From positions 1-38,472 of the IMG/VR virus record IMGVR_UViG_3300044274_000065: 38,472 bases of DNA; one strand, written 5' to 3'. The notes below the pieces were generated by a model, which saw nothing but the letters and a program-made list of their open reading frames with translations, ran no database searches and had not been told where the DNA came from. Source of the DNA: a virus (Duplodnaviria > Caudoviricetes). Position 1 is the first letter of the stretch; each line of letters opens with the position of its first letter. Positions 7,947-17,123 of the stretch are shown piece by piece. The translations under genes were made by a program, and so were the position numbers.

Positions 7947-8905
7947 AAAGGTACCTTCCGATACGCATAGCCGAAGGTCCAGCTGTTCACTTCGCCTTGC
8001 GGGCCGTTCAATGCAGCACCCTTCTTCTTAACCGGAAAAACCACCCACTCATCGGTCCCGATGGTAATCGCCTCGCCAGGCACAAGGTTTTTCATGTTGA
8101 CCATCCGGAGGTCCAGCGGTGCACCTGCAAAAAATCCAAGCTGATTCCGAATATTAGCCACCACCAGGAGATTATGAAGCGGCGTAATCGCGTTAACGGT
8201 GTTGGGTGTCGAATCCGAGTAGTGACGAAAGGGGGTTCTATTGCCATTAGCGCGCATCGCACCCCACGCCGAGGAGGAATCGTTTGGGCTACGAACGTCA
8301 AATCTGGCCCACTCATTCGTGTATCCAGCCACGTCCATCCGCACCGCCCCAGATTGACCTGAGCGGCCCGTTGCGCAGTCAAACGGAACTGCGTGGTCAC
8401 GGTCATCAGCCGATGCATGCTCGGGGGAGGTGTCGATCATCAAGTAGTACCAGAACGTTCCGGTAAAATACTCGCCGCCGACATAGTTGCCCTGTCTCTC
8501 AAGGCGTCCAAAATGCAGGTGGGCAAACTCTCCAGGCACGATCTCAATCACGCAGTGGATGTACTGCTGTGTCCCAAAAAGGTGATATGCCGTGAAAGGT
8601 CCGCGCAGGCCATTCGTTCGCCCGGAGCTGAAGCCCGCTGATGTGCCTGGCTGATTGCTATAAGAAACACCAGAATCGAATCCGGTCTGCCCGAAGATCT
8701 CGATCGACGGATTGGGGTCTACGGTGGTGTTGATGTCTTGCTGTTGAGGATTCGCTATCAACGTGAAGTAGCCTGCCATCGAGTGATGCAGAGCCAGTTC
8801 ATTGGTGTCGTCTCGATCGATCGTCCAGCCCAGTTCATCCGCAAATGCACGGATCGTTCCAAGCATCGCAGTAACACCAGTTGAAACGCCGGTTTCGTAA
8901 GCCAT
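7943..8905 (-). CDS. Virion structural protein (tail tip region)
   Basis: MAYETG start, HLHFG, PGEAITIGTDEWVVFP...GYAYR end; coupled within the tail operon. Confidence 0.75.
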   Translation of the reverse strand: MAYETGVSTGVTAMLGTIRAFADELGWTIDRDDTNELALHHSMAGYFTLIANPQQQDINTTVDPNPSIEIFGQTGFDSGVSYSNQPGTSAGFSSGRTNGLRGPFTAYHLFGTQQYIHCVIEIVPGEFAHLHFGRLERQGNYVGGEYFTGTFWYYLMIDTSPEHASADDRDHAVPFDCATGRSGQSGAVRMDVAGYTNEWARFDVRSPNDSSSAWGAMRANGNRTPFRHYSDSTPNTVNAITPLHNLLVVANIRNQLGFFAGAPLDLRMVNMKNLVPGEAITIGTDEWVVFPVKKKGAALNGPQGEVNSWTFGYAYRKVPL

Positions 8906-10122
8906 CAGGTTAACCTCACTGCGCCGTATTCAGTCCAGTTGGTCCGGTTCATGTTCTGGACCACCAAGTGGTCGACGCCGTCGACGGAAACGATGTTCTC
9001 TGACGCATTGGCTGTCCCGGTAACCCAGTAGATGCCGTCTAGCTCTCCAAACTGGTTGATTCCTGCATATCCACTGTTGGTGCATAACGGGACAAGAGGT
9101 AGCAACGTGTAGGTGCCATCCGGCGCCGGCTGTATCTGCGGGCCACCCCAGTCGGGCTCTCTATCATCGACCTTGCCAAGTCCGTTCACGTGGGTCGGAA
9201 ATAGTTGCAAATACTGGCTGCGCCAGCTGGAGTTCCCGCCCGACCCGTCTCTATTCCTGATTTCACGCCAGCCAACGTTGCCGACGTATAGATACGATCC
9301 CAGGCCCGGGTTGAAAATTACGGACTCGTTAGTGTCTCTGGATGACCAACGTGCCTGTGGATTGCTAGTCGTACCGGCTATCAACAGAGGATAAGGGAAC
9401 TGGCTCGGAGTGCCGTAGGGCAATATTTTACCCAGATACATCACCTGGTAGGTGGTGCTGACCTTGGCGACGACTATGACCCGCTGGCCGTTGGCTACGA
9501 ACCAATACGGCGTCTCGCTCTGCCACAACAGGGTGTAGGCATCCGGGCTGCGCCCGGGCTGCCCGTCGAAGGTAAAGGTGGATTCGAAGCCTATAGCGCC
9601 AGCGACTTTCCAGTTGTAGTAGTCGTTCGCAGCGCTCTGGTAGGCGGCCATATTCACGTAAATCTCTTCGGCACCGGTGAGACCAGGCGCACGGAAGTAG
9701 TAGTCCTGGTCGAACGCATCGTCCAAGTCCGCGCCCATCAATGTCCAGGCGGATCCGGCCGCGCTCATCAGCCCCTGGGTGACGTCCCACGTGAACACAT
9801 CGCCCACCACGTAGCCGGTACCGGTGATCAGGAACTGGATCAGCCCGTTGTCGTAGGCGGTACCGGTTGTGGCGTCGGCGGTGGCGCCGGTGACCGAGCC
9901 GTTGACCGTCCAGATCTCCTCGCCGGGGATATCCGCGTTGGTGCAGGTGAGGGTCCAGGTCTCGGTCACCGTAGCCGGCGCGGTGGCGATATCGGTGATG
10001 GCGCCGGGGCCGTCGCCGGTGAACTGCGGCTCGGCGGACCAGGTGCCGTGGCCGCAGACGAAATGTCGCAGGCGGTGCAGCAGGTCCAGGTGGCCGCTGG
10101 CCGTGCCGATTTCGACGGGCAT
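8905..10122 (-). CDS. Virion structural protein following tape measure
   Basis: MPVEIGTA start, YWFVANGQR, GELDGIYWV..ASENIV...HLVVQN end. Confidence 0.75.
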   Translation of the reverse strand: MPVEIGTASGHLDLLHRLRHFVCGHGTWSAEPQFTGDGPGAITDIATAPATVTETWTLTCTNADIPGEEIWTVNGSVTGATADATTGTAYDNGLIQFLITGTGYVVGDVFTWDVTQGLMSAAGSAWTLMGADLDDAFDQDYYFRAPGLTGAEEIYVNMAAYQSAANDYYNWKVAGAIGFESTFTFDGQPGRSPDAYTLLWQSETPYWFVANGQRVIVVAKVSTTYQVMYLGKILPYGTPSQFPYPLLIAGTTSNPQARWSSRDTNESVIFNPGLGSYLYVGNVGWREIRNRDGSGGNSSWRSQYLQLFPTHVNGLGKVDDREPDWGGPQIQPAPDGTYTLLPLVPLCTNSGYAGINQFGELDGIYWVTGTANASENIVSVDGVDHLVVQNMNRTNWTEYGAVRLT

Positions 10123-12872
10123 TAGCCGCCTCCTTTGATCAGTTGGTTGAACTTGCTGGGGTTCCGGCTGATGTGCAGCTCCAGCATCTCCTCGCCGGCC
10201 GGGCCGCGCAGCGCGTCGGCCACCACGTCCTCGGAGAGGATCGGCAGCAGCCGCTGCTTGAGTTGCGCCGGCGGAATGTTCGCGGCCAGGGTGGCGGCCG
10301 GGCTTTCCATGATCGCCGGCGACGGCTGCACCAGGCCGCCGTTGGCGTAGCCCCGGAAACCGGCGAGCGCGGCCATGCCCTGCTGCCGAAACGCCTCCAT
10401 AAACTGCCTGGCGCCTGGCTGGCGCATAACGTGCGCCGGCTGCACGTACTCGCCGGCGTGGACGACGCCCGCGACGGTGTATTTGGTGCCCGGGCCGGTC
10501 CAGCCGCCCTCAGCGAAGCCGCCCGCCACGGCGCTGGTGGCGTTGGCCGCCGCGATCTGGGCGGCGCCGGCGGCGAACGTGGCGGACAGGCTCGTGGACA
10601 GCGTCGCAGCGCCGACCGCGAACGAACTGGTGAGCGACGTGCCGATGGTCGCGGCGCCGGCGGCCGCCGAGGTGGCGATGCTGGTACCGATCGTCGCGGC
10701 ACCGGTCGCGGTGGACGCGGTGATCGCCGTGGACATGGTGGCTGCGCCGGCAGCGGTCGCGGCCGCTTCCGTGGCGGCCTCGGCACCACCGGTCAGCAGG
10801 TTGCTGAGGCCCTGGGTGGCCATCTGTGCGACGTTCTGAGCGGCCAGCTGCAGCATGGCGTCGGCGATGGACTGGGCCACACCGCGCACCGTGTCTTCGA
10901 GGTCCTGGGTGCCTTTGGCGAGCTTCTGCAGGCCGTCCGCCAGGCCCTCCTCGAAGGAATCCCGCAGGGTGGTGGCGAACTGGTTGGTGACCAGGCGCAG
11001 GTTCTGCATCTCGGCGCGCAGATCCTTGACCCGCTCCAGCGCGGCTTTGTCGCCGGTGACCTCGGCCAGCTGCTGCATCTTCGGCAGCAGCTCGTCCACC
11101 TGGTCGGCGGTGGCGCGGTGCAGCTCCACCAGCTGCTCCCGGGCGTTCAGCTCGCTGATGACGCCGGCTTCTTGTTGCGCCTGGATCCGGCTCTCCTGGC
11201 GGGACTGTGCCGCGAACACGCGGTCGATCTGTCCCTGCAGCTCCTGCAGGCGCGCGCTGGCGACCTCGACGTTGATCAGGCTGTTGATCAGTTCGACGCC
11301 GGCGTCGTCGCCGCGCGCTTTCAGCCGCTTCAACAGATCCGCGTATTCGGCCTCCAGCTCCGCGCCCACGGCTTCGGCGCCACGACCCTGGCCCTCCAGC
11401 AACTGATTCTGGATGTCGTTCAGGGTCGCCGCGTCCTTGGTCGCCTGGGTCAGCTTCTCCTGCTCTGTGAGCGCTTTGTTGGCCGCCTCGGCGCGTTCCA
11501 ACAGTTTCCCGGTCAGACCCTGCTGGGCGATCTCATATTGGCGGACGGCCGCGTCGGAGGCCTCATACAGCTCCGCCTCACGCTCCAGGGCCTCGACGAA
11601 CTTGCGCTGGCGCTTGAGCCGCTTTTCGGCATCTTTGTCGTTACCGCCACCCAGGATGGGTTTGCCGTCGTCATCGTCATCGTCATCACTCTCGTCGCCA
11701 GTGGACGATGACTGACTGAGCTTGCGCGCCAGCTCCTGAGATTCGTAGGCGCGCTTGAGCTGGGCTTCGGTCTCAGCGATCTGCCGGCGGATCTCTTCGT
11801 CGCTGGTGAACACCAGGCCGACGTCCATCTCCAACCACGGGGTGTCGGGGTCGAGTTCCTTTCTCAATCCCGCCAGCTTCTGTTCCAGCCGTGGGATGTC
11901 GTTGGCGGCGATGCCGTTGATCTTCGCGGCCAGCTCTTCGCCCAACCAGCGCGTGAACTCGACCCCTTCGGTGGTCCCTTTCGCCAACCAACCGACGAGG
12001 GTTGCGAATGCCGTCCCCAGCGCCACCACGGACTTCTGGAACTGAGGGTCTGTGACGATGGTGCGCAGCTCATCGATCGAGTCGACGAAGCCGGTGGTAT
12101 CGGTCTGGCCAAACGTAATCACCAGGTCGTTGCGCAGCTGCTGCAGCGCCTGGCCGACCGTGCGCTCCATGTTCTGGAAGTCGTCATTGATCGTGTCAGC
12201 GGTGCGCAGCAGCGCCTTAGTCACCGCTTCGCCGGTGAGCTGGCCCTCTTGGCCCAGCTCACGCAGCTCGCCGATCGTGACGCCCAGCCCTTCGGCGATC
12301 GCTCTCGCTAAGCGCGGGCTGTTTTCCAATACGGAATTCAGTTCCTCACCACGCAACGTGCCGCTGGCAATGCCTTGGCTGAGCTGCAGAGTCGACGAGG
12401 CCGCTTCCTGGGCCGATGAACCGGACACGATGAAGGACTGGTTGATGGCCCGAGTGACGGTCAGCAGCTGCTGCTGGCTGAGATCCAGCTCTTCGGTGGA
12501 GCGCGCCAGGCGCGCGTAGAGGTTGATCGTCGGTGCCAGGCCCTGGCGGGTTTCCTGAGCCAGGGCATAGTTCGCTTCCCAGGCGCTGTTCAGCTCCTCC
12601 TGGCTGTCCGTGACCAGTCTCAGCTGGCTGCGCAGGTTGGTGTAGGTATCAGCCGCCTGGACGATCTCACGCAACAGCAGGGCGCTGGCGACGGCCGCCA
12701 TGGTATTTCGGAGTTTATTCGCGGCTCCATCCAGGGTACCCAGATCTCGGCTGGCACGCCGCGCCCGCTTACCAGATTGGTCCAGTCCTTTCTCAAACTG
12801 GTCCAGCTGGCGCAGGGCGCTTTTCATGTCCGCGCGGATGCGGAGTGCGAGATCGAGGTTGTCGGAGGCCAT
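10122..12872 (-). CDS. Tail tape measure protein
   Basis: 916 aa Ala-rich helical protein; QLSQGIASGTLRGEELNSVLEN tape-measure motif; GFAEGGWTG...AGVVHAGEYV C-terminal motif. Confidence 0.93.
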   Translation of the reverse strand: MASDNLDLALRIRADMKSALRQLDQFEKGLDQSGKRARRASRDLGTLDGAANKLRNTMAAVASALLLREIVQAADTYTNLRSQLRLVTDSQEELNSAWEANYALAQETRQGLAPTINLYARLARSTEELDLSQQQLLTVTRAINQSFIVSGSSAQEAASSTLQLSQGIASGTLRGEELNSVLENSPRLARAIAEGLGVTIGELRELGQEGQLTGEAVTKALLRTADTINDDFQNMERTVGQALQQLRNDLVITFGQTDTTGFVDSIDELRTIVTDPQFQKSVVALGTAFATLVGWLAKGTTEGVEFTRWLGEELAAKINGIAANDIPRLEQKLAGLRKELDPDTPWLEMDVGLVFTSDEEIRRQIAETEAQLKRAYESQELARKLSQSSSTGDESDDDDDDDGKPILGGGNDKDAEKRLKRQRKFVEALEREAELYEASDAAVRQYEIAQQGLTGKLLERAEAANKALTEQEKLTQATKDAATLNDIQNQLLEGQGRGAEAVGAELEAEYADLLKRLKARGDDAGVELINSLINVEVASARLQELQGQIDRVFAAQSRQESRIQAQQEAGVISELNAREQLVELHRATADQVDELLPKMQQLAEVTGDKAALERVKDLRAEMQNLRLVTNQFATTLRDSFEEGLADGLQKLAKGTQDLEDTVRGVAQSIADAMLQLAAQNVAQMATQGLSNLLTGGAEAATEAAATAAGAATMSTAITASTATGAATIGTSIATSAAAGAATIGTSLTSSFAVGAATLSTSLSATFAAGAAQIAAANATSAVAGGFAEGGWTGPGTKYTVAGVVHAGEYVQPAHVMRQPGARQFMEAFRQQGMAALAGFRGYANGGLVQPSPAIMESPAATLAANIPPAQLKQRLLPILSEDVVADALRGPAGEEMLELHISRNPSKFNQLIKGGG

Positions 12873-12878
12873 AGCGGG

Positions 12879-12923
12879 ATGATGGCGCCGACGGTGGGCG
12901 GGGTCTTTTGAACGCGGGCAAAA
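12879..12923 (-). promoter_or_regulatory. Late promoter upstream of tape measure: activator site plus -10 CATCAT
   Basis: TTTTG-AACGCGGG-CAAAA at 12906-12923; -10 21 nt downstream, ending 6 nt before the ATG. Confidence 0.8.
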
Positions 12924-12946
12924 CCAAGCGGCGGCCGTAGCCGCCG
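12920..12946 (-). terminator. Candidate intrinsic terminator after the tail chaperone genes
   Basis: CGGCGGC-UACG-GCCGCCG hairpin followed by CTTGGTTTT (interrupted U-tract). Confidence 0.5.
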
Positions 12947-12947
12947 G

Positions 12948-13235
12948 TCAGTCTTTCTTCAGGGAGCGCAGGTGGTCCTTCGCCTGCTGTTTGTCCGCGC
13001 CGAACGCCGCCCTGACATCCAGGAAGAGATCGGCGCGGTGGTGACGCTCTCGGCGCTGTGCAGCGTCGTAGTAAAGCTTTAGCTGTCGCTCGGTGTATCG
13101 CCCGAGTCGTTCTGGGGGGTGTCCGTCGGCGATGAGCGCGGCGTAGACGTCGCGCCAGCGGAAGCTCGCGTCGCCGTCGTTCGACCGTGAACCCGATCCA
13201 CCTGAATCTTCCGCTGCACAGCTCGAATAAAAAAA
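12948..13235 (-). CDS. Tail assembly chaperone GT extension (-1 frameshift frame)
   Basis: -1 frame relative to 13079-13600; W..VYAALIADGH..E.LGRYT.RQL motif; T-TTT-TTT at 13229-13235. Confidence 0.65.
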   Translation of the reverse strand, partial: FFYSSCAAEDSGGSGSRSNDGDASFRWRDVYAALIADGHPPERLGRYTERQLKLYYDAAQRRERHHRADLFLDVRAAFGADKQQAKDHLRSLKKD

Positions 13236-13600
13236 GCGGAATTGACCACCCACCAGGTGTCCATCAGCAGACTGCCGTCACCATCGCTGAGTCCATGGAT
13301 GAATTCGACATCCTTGTTGATCGATGTGGCCATCAGATCCACCAGCAGCTGGTCGTGCTCGACCAGCAATGCATAGATACTGTCCAGATCCGAGTCCCCG
13401 CCCCGCATGACCTGGTACAGGTCATCAATGAGCGGCGCGGCCGCCGCACGGATCCGCAGGCCTTCGACGAAACCGTACTCCCGAACGGTGACCTGCTCAC
13501 CCCCCACCTGGATATCTCGATCCGGGTGAAGGATGGCCAGATCGTCCTCGGCCGCGGACTCCTGTTTTGGCTGCTTTTTCTTAGGATGCCGACGTGCCAT
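13079..13600 (-). CDS. Tail assembly chaperone (G-like)
   Basis: Between tail tube and tape measure; DDLAILHP...VTVREYGFVEG...WWVVN.AFF. Confidence 0.8.
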   Translation of the reverse strand: MARRHPKKKQPKQESAAEDDLAILHPDRDIQVGGEQVTVREYGFVEGLRIRAAAAPLIDDLYQVMRGGDSDLDSIYALLVEHDQLLVDLMATSINKDVEFIHGLSDGDGSLLMDTWWVVNSAFFIRAVQRKIQVDRVHGRTTATRASAGATSTPRSSPTDTPQNDSGDTPSDS

Positions 13601-14367
13601 TACTCAACCTCGTCCAGCAGCTCGATGCGACCAAAGCCGCCAAGAGCCGGATCCGGCTCGCTCAGCGGGTCGAACAGCGCGGTGCCGCTGAGCGCCAGCT
13701 CACCGAAGCTCTCGTTGATCAGGTCCAGCTGGCTTACCGGATTGAACTTCAGGCGGTACAGGCGCGCCCGGATCCGATCGCCGGTGTCATCGACGGTGTT
13801 GACGCCGTCGAGCATCAGGTAGCGGATCGGCGGGCGCTGCGTGAACATAGTCACATCAGTGCTGGCCCCGAACTCATAATCCGCAGAGAACGGCGCGGTG
13901 AAGCCGGACAGGTCACTGAGAATTTCCAGCACGCCGCCGGGCACCGACTCGATGCGATAGTCCGTCTCTTCCACCAGCTCCGTCGGTGTGGCTGCAGAAT
14001 CCGACAGGACCAGGTTGCTGATATTGCCGCGATCCAGAATCACCCGGTCGCCGATGGTCAGAGGCTCCGGCAGCGGTTCGCCGGTCGTGGAGCCAGCTGC
14101 CACGGTCAGCGCCTTGGCGTACAGGCCGAGCGCCAGATTCTTCGCATTGCCGTGGCGCAGGGTCAGGTTGAAAGTCACCTCGGTCGCGGTGTTGAGGGTC
14201 GCACTGGTCTGCCGGTTACCGGAATAGCTTTCCTGCCGGTTCTCCTCAGTGACGTTCATCGCGATATTCAGCAAGGCGGTGTCGTTCACCCAGCGCATTG
14301 CAGCTGGCTTGCCGTTCGCCTGGCGCTCACCCAGGTACACCTTGCCTTGTATAGAGAAATCCCTCAT
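13600..14367 (-). CDS. Major tail tube protein
   Basis: FSIQGKVYLG, ESYSGNR, ALGGFGRI motifs; position before the chaperone. Confidence 0.85.
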   Translation of the reverse strand: MRDFSIQGKVYLGERQANGKPAAMRWVNDTALLNIAMNVTEENRQESYSGNRQTSATLNTATEVTFNLTLRHGNAKNLALGLYAKALTVAAGSTTGEPLPEPLTIGDRVILDRGNISNLVLSDSAATPTELVEETDYRIESVPGGVLEILSDLSGFTAPFSADYEFGASTDVTMFTQRPPIRYLMLDGVNTVDDTGDRIRARLYRLKFNPVSQLDLINESFGELALSGTALFDPLSEPDPALGGFGRIELLDEVE

Positions 14368-14591
14368 TGGTCAGCCCCCTTGTTGCTGTCTTTGCCGCCG
14401 GTCTTCTCCGGCGGAGCGGTCTCGGCGGGCTGGTAGCCGCCGGGGCGGGAGCCTTCCAGCTTCCCGATCTTCTCCAGCCACGCCTTTTGGCGCGGGGTGA
14501 CGTCGATCTGGTCCCCTTTTTTGCACGGGCGGCCTTTGTGTTCGTGCGGGCCGGCCAGGGTGACCTTCACGGTCTTTTGCTTCGTGGTCAT
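14364..14591 (-). CDS. Small hypothetical virion-region protein (75 aa)
   Basis: Start MTTKQKTVKVTL (ATGA overlap, GGAGG SD); H.H.G....GD.IDV....AWL motif. Confidence 0.7.
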   Translation of the reverse strand: MTTKQKTVKVTLAGPHEHKGRPCKKGDQIDVTPRQKAWLEKIGKLEGSRPGGYQPAETAPPEKTGGKDSNKGADQ

Positions 14592-15049
14592 GGGGCGTTG
14601 CCTCCAATAAAGCGGTGAGTTGAAAAGACTTCCATCCAGAGCAGCATGTCGGCGTCGTAGTCCAGCACCTCCGCCTGGCGCCACCTGATCTCCCGAAACT
14701 GGCCGAGACCGGGTGTCCAACCCATCAGGGCTTCCCGGACCCGGCCGATCAGCGGTCGGGCGTCCTCAGAGGCGGCGTGCCCCAAGTTGTCTCGGAAATT
14801 CCGTAGCCCCAAGATCACGCCGAACGTGCACTCGACCCTCTGCCGCCCGCTGCTCCGCGCCTGGCGATCAGCCGAGGGGTCAGAGTCACCTTTCTCCTGG
14901 GCGAGAACCACGTAGGCACTGGGCGGCCGGAGATCCCGCAAGCTCTTGACGGCAGCGTAGTCAGCGGCCTGACCGACCTGCTGGAACTCGGGGACGCTCT
15001 CGCGCAGATGCTCCGCGATCAGGTCGGTATCAAGGGGCACGAAGGTCAT
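14588..15049 (-). CDS. Tail terminator/completion protein (Mu gp37-like)
   Basis: PSAYVV, ALMGWTP motifs; follows gp36. Confidence 0.75.
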   Translation of the reverse strand: MTFVPLDTDLIAEHLRESVPEFQQVGQAADYAAVKSLRDLRPPSAYVVLAQEKGDSDPSADRQARSSGRQRVECTFGVILGLRNFRDNLGHAASEDARPLIGRVREALMGWTPGLGQFREIRWRQAEVLDYDADMLLWMEVFSTHRFIGGNAP

Positions 15050-15561
15050 CGGAACCTCTTTAACTGATCACGGCTGAAGACGTTGGGATCGGACTCGAAC
15101 TGGACGTCCAGATGGGCCGGATCCGATTCAACCGGGTCGTTCTGACCCAGGCTGAACTTGCCGTCTGCGGTGAGCTGCAGGAACCGGACAGCATCCTTGT
15201 AGTCGCGCACGATCGGATCGTCGCTGTCGTCGCCGAGGCGGTTCTGGTGCAGGTGATAGCGCGTAATGGCCCGGGCCCATGTGACGACGATCCCCGGGAC
15301 CGGGTCCAGTGGCAGATAGCCGCGCCGGGAGAGAAACCCATCTATGAGGGCTTGAGCATCCGCCGTCGCATCATCGATGCGCTGAAGAGCGTCATCAGCC
15401 AAAGCGACCTGGTCCGGCGTCCAGCCAGCACGGTCCGCGCCCAGCAGGGTCGCTTCCATCAATTCCGGATCCACCATCGGCTTGTGCGCGGCGGTGGCGA
15501 CCTGGGCCAGCTCTCTGGCGCCCGGCCGTTCCGCAAGTTGTGCATGGCTGATGTAGCTCAT
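15046..15561 (-). CDS. Head-tail adaptor (Mu gp36/DUF1320-like)
   Basis: MSY..., A.ALIDGFL..RGYLPL..VP, ITRY.L, YKDAVRFL..ADGK.SLG. Confidence 0.88.
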   Translation of the reverse strand: MSYISHAQLAERPGARELAQVATAAHKPMVDPELMEATLLGADRAGWTPDQVALADDALQRIDDATADAQALIDGFLSRRGYLPLDPVPGIVVTWARAITRYHLHQNRLGDDSDDPIVRDYKDAVRFLQLTADGKFSLGQNDPVESDPAHLDVQFESDPNVFSRDQLKRFR

Positions 15562-15567
15562 TACCGT

Positions 15568-16107
15568 TTAGCTCTCTTCGATCGGAAACGTGCAGCGCTC
15601 AACCTTCAAGTTGGGCTCTGACTCCAGGGCGTCCAGCTGGTCCTCAGACAGCGCTTCGAGAGCGATGCCCACGCCGTTACGGTCAAAGCGAAACCCAGCC
15701 CGGCGAAAGGACTTGGGCACCGAGGTGACCCATACAGCATCGATCTCGCCCGACGGCGGATCCTCGCCTGGCTTCGACCCCTGGGAGCCCGGCGACGGCT
15801 GCTCAGCTTTGCGGGCCTTGCTTTCCGCCGCCGTGGTGTCTTGCGTCGCTGCCCCCGTATCCTGCGGCTTGTCCTTGGCTTGGTCTCCCGAAGCCTGGGT
15901 CGACGGCTCAGCGGCCTTCGGCTCAGCCGGTGCGGGGGTATCGGATGCCTTGGTTGGTTCAGATGCGGACGGCTGTGTGGCCGGCGCTTGATCACTCTGA
16001 GCACCCGTGCCCTTGGTCTGGTCCGGACTGGATGTCTGATCCTGGCCTTTGGCGCCCTTCGCCGCCTGGGAGCGGGTGGACGCGGCCTTTCTTTTTTTCG
16101 CTGCCAT
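15568..16107 (-). CDS. Mu gp35/HI1506-like protein with long low-complexity N-terminal region
   Basis: Start MAAKKRK (GAGG SD); C-terminal FRRAGFRF...LSEDQLDALESEPNLKV motif. Confidence 0.75.
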   Translation of the reverse strand: MAAKKRKAASTRSQAAKGAKGQDQTSSPDQTKGTGAQSDQAPATQPSASEPTKASDTPAPAEPKAAEPSTQASGDQAKDKPQDTGAATQDTTAAESKARKAEQPSPGSQGSKPGEDPPSGEIDAVWVTSVPKSFRRAGFRFDRNGVGIALEALSEDQLDALESEPNLKVERCTFPIEES

Positions 16108-16208
16108 GAGACATTCCTCTTTATGGGCGCCCGAGCACCCCCGATCCATCGGAGGTGTCGCTCGGGTGCGCTCTTCCTTGATCCTCGTTAACTGCGACTA
16201 CGCGGTTA
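16108..16208 (-). ncRNA. Structured element downstream of major capsid gene (candidate Mu-gpT-DE-like RNA)
   Basis: Long hairpin CCCGAG-CGA-CACCTCCGA-TGGA-TCGGGGGTG-CTCGGG plus a small hairpin at the capsid stop; no U-tract. Family identity is inferred from position only. Confidence 0.4.
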
Positions 16209-17099
16209 TGCCAGCCACGGAGTGGCCAGGACGTCCACCACGTCGCGGTTAATGTTGGTAGCGCCGTTCGCAGAGCGCTCCGCTTTGACGACTTCCAGAG
16301 CCGCTGCACGATCGCTGGGCGACACCACAAGCAGCTTCGGCCGCACGCCCAGCGGTCGACCGTTATCGCCCTTCAGGCCGCTCATTTGAGCGTAGAGATC
16401 GTTGAAGGAAGAGGCGTCCAGCGCTTCTTTACTGGAGAACGCCAGCTGCCACAGCCCGTAACCGGCATTCAGACGACCGTCCACCCCATAGACATACTTG
16501 TTCTGGAAGAAGGTGTTGTCGTCGGTCTCGCGGTCTTTGGTCACGAAGCTGTACGGGCGGCGCTTCTGCAGGATGATCGGCCGGATAACCCGGGAGGTAT
16601 CCAACAGGAACCACGGCTTGCCGGTGCCGCCCTGGTGGTTACTGACCGAGGTTTCCTTGCCGTTTTTGTCGAGGACCGGATGGTCGGTATCGAAGAAGTT
16701 CTGCCCGTCGTAGCACTCGCCGGTAAAACCGTTCTGAAGCAGGCTGTAGACCAGTTCAGCGGGGTGTTCGCGGGCATCCTGGCCCATCTGTGCCATCAGC
16801 GGCGTAAACAAGCCGTAGCTGTCGTCTTCGATGGCCTCACGATCAACGCCCACCGTGTTCTCGAACGTCTTGTTCTTGATGGTGAAATCGTGGGTGCCGA
16901 TGTTCTGGATCACACGGTCGCCGAGCCATTCACGGAACCTGGTCGTCGAGCCGAGCCAGCCGTAGGTTTCTTTCGAGGTCGTGGACGTGGTCTCCAGAAC
17001 GATCTGGTCGTAGTCCACCTCGGCGCCGTTGAAAGCTTCCTGAAACGCGGCTTTGTAGCCGGTGAACAGGAAGTCCAAATTCTGGCGATTAATTTCCAT
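16206..17099 (-). CDS. Major capsid protein (Mu gpT family)
   Basis: YGWLG...REWLGDRV, IKNKTFENTV.VDR..IEDD, CYDGQNFFDTDHPV, GYGLWQLA. Confidence 0.95.
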   Translation of the reverse strand: MEINRQNLDFLFTGYKAAFQEAFNGAEVDYDQIVLETTSTTSKETYGWLGSTTRFREWLGDRVIQNIGTHDFTIKNKTFENTVGVDREAIEDDSYGLFTPLMAQMGQDAREHPAELVYSLLQNGFTGECYDGQNFFDTDHPVLDKNGKETSVSNHQGGTGKPWFLLDTSRVIRPIILQKRRPYSFVTKDRETDDNTFFQNKYVYGVDGRLNAGYGLWQLAFSSKEALDASSFNDLYAQMSGLKGDNGRPLGVRPKLLVVSPSDRAAALEVVKAERSANGATNINRDVVDVLATPWLA

Positions 17100-17123
17100 G
17101 CTCTTGCCTCCTCGGCTTGGCGG

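Noticed and set aside
10143-11711. 522-aa + strand ORF and neighbours
   Set aside because: Antisense shadows of the tape measure gene.
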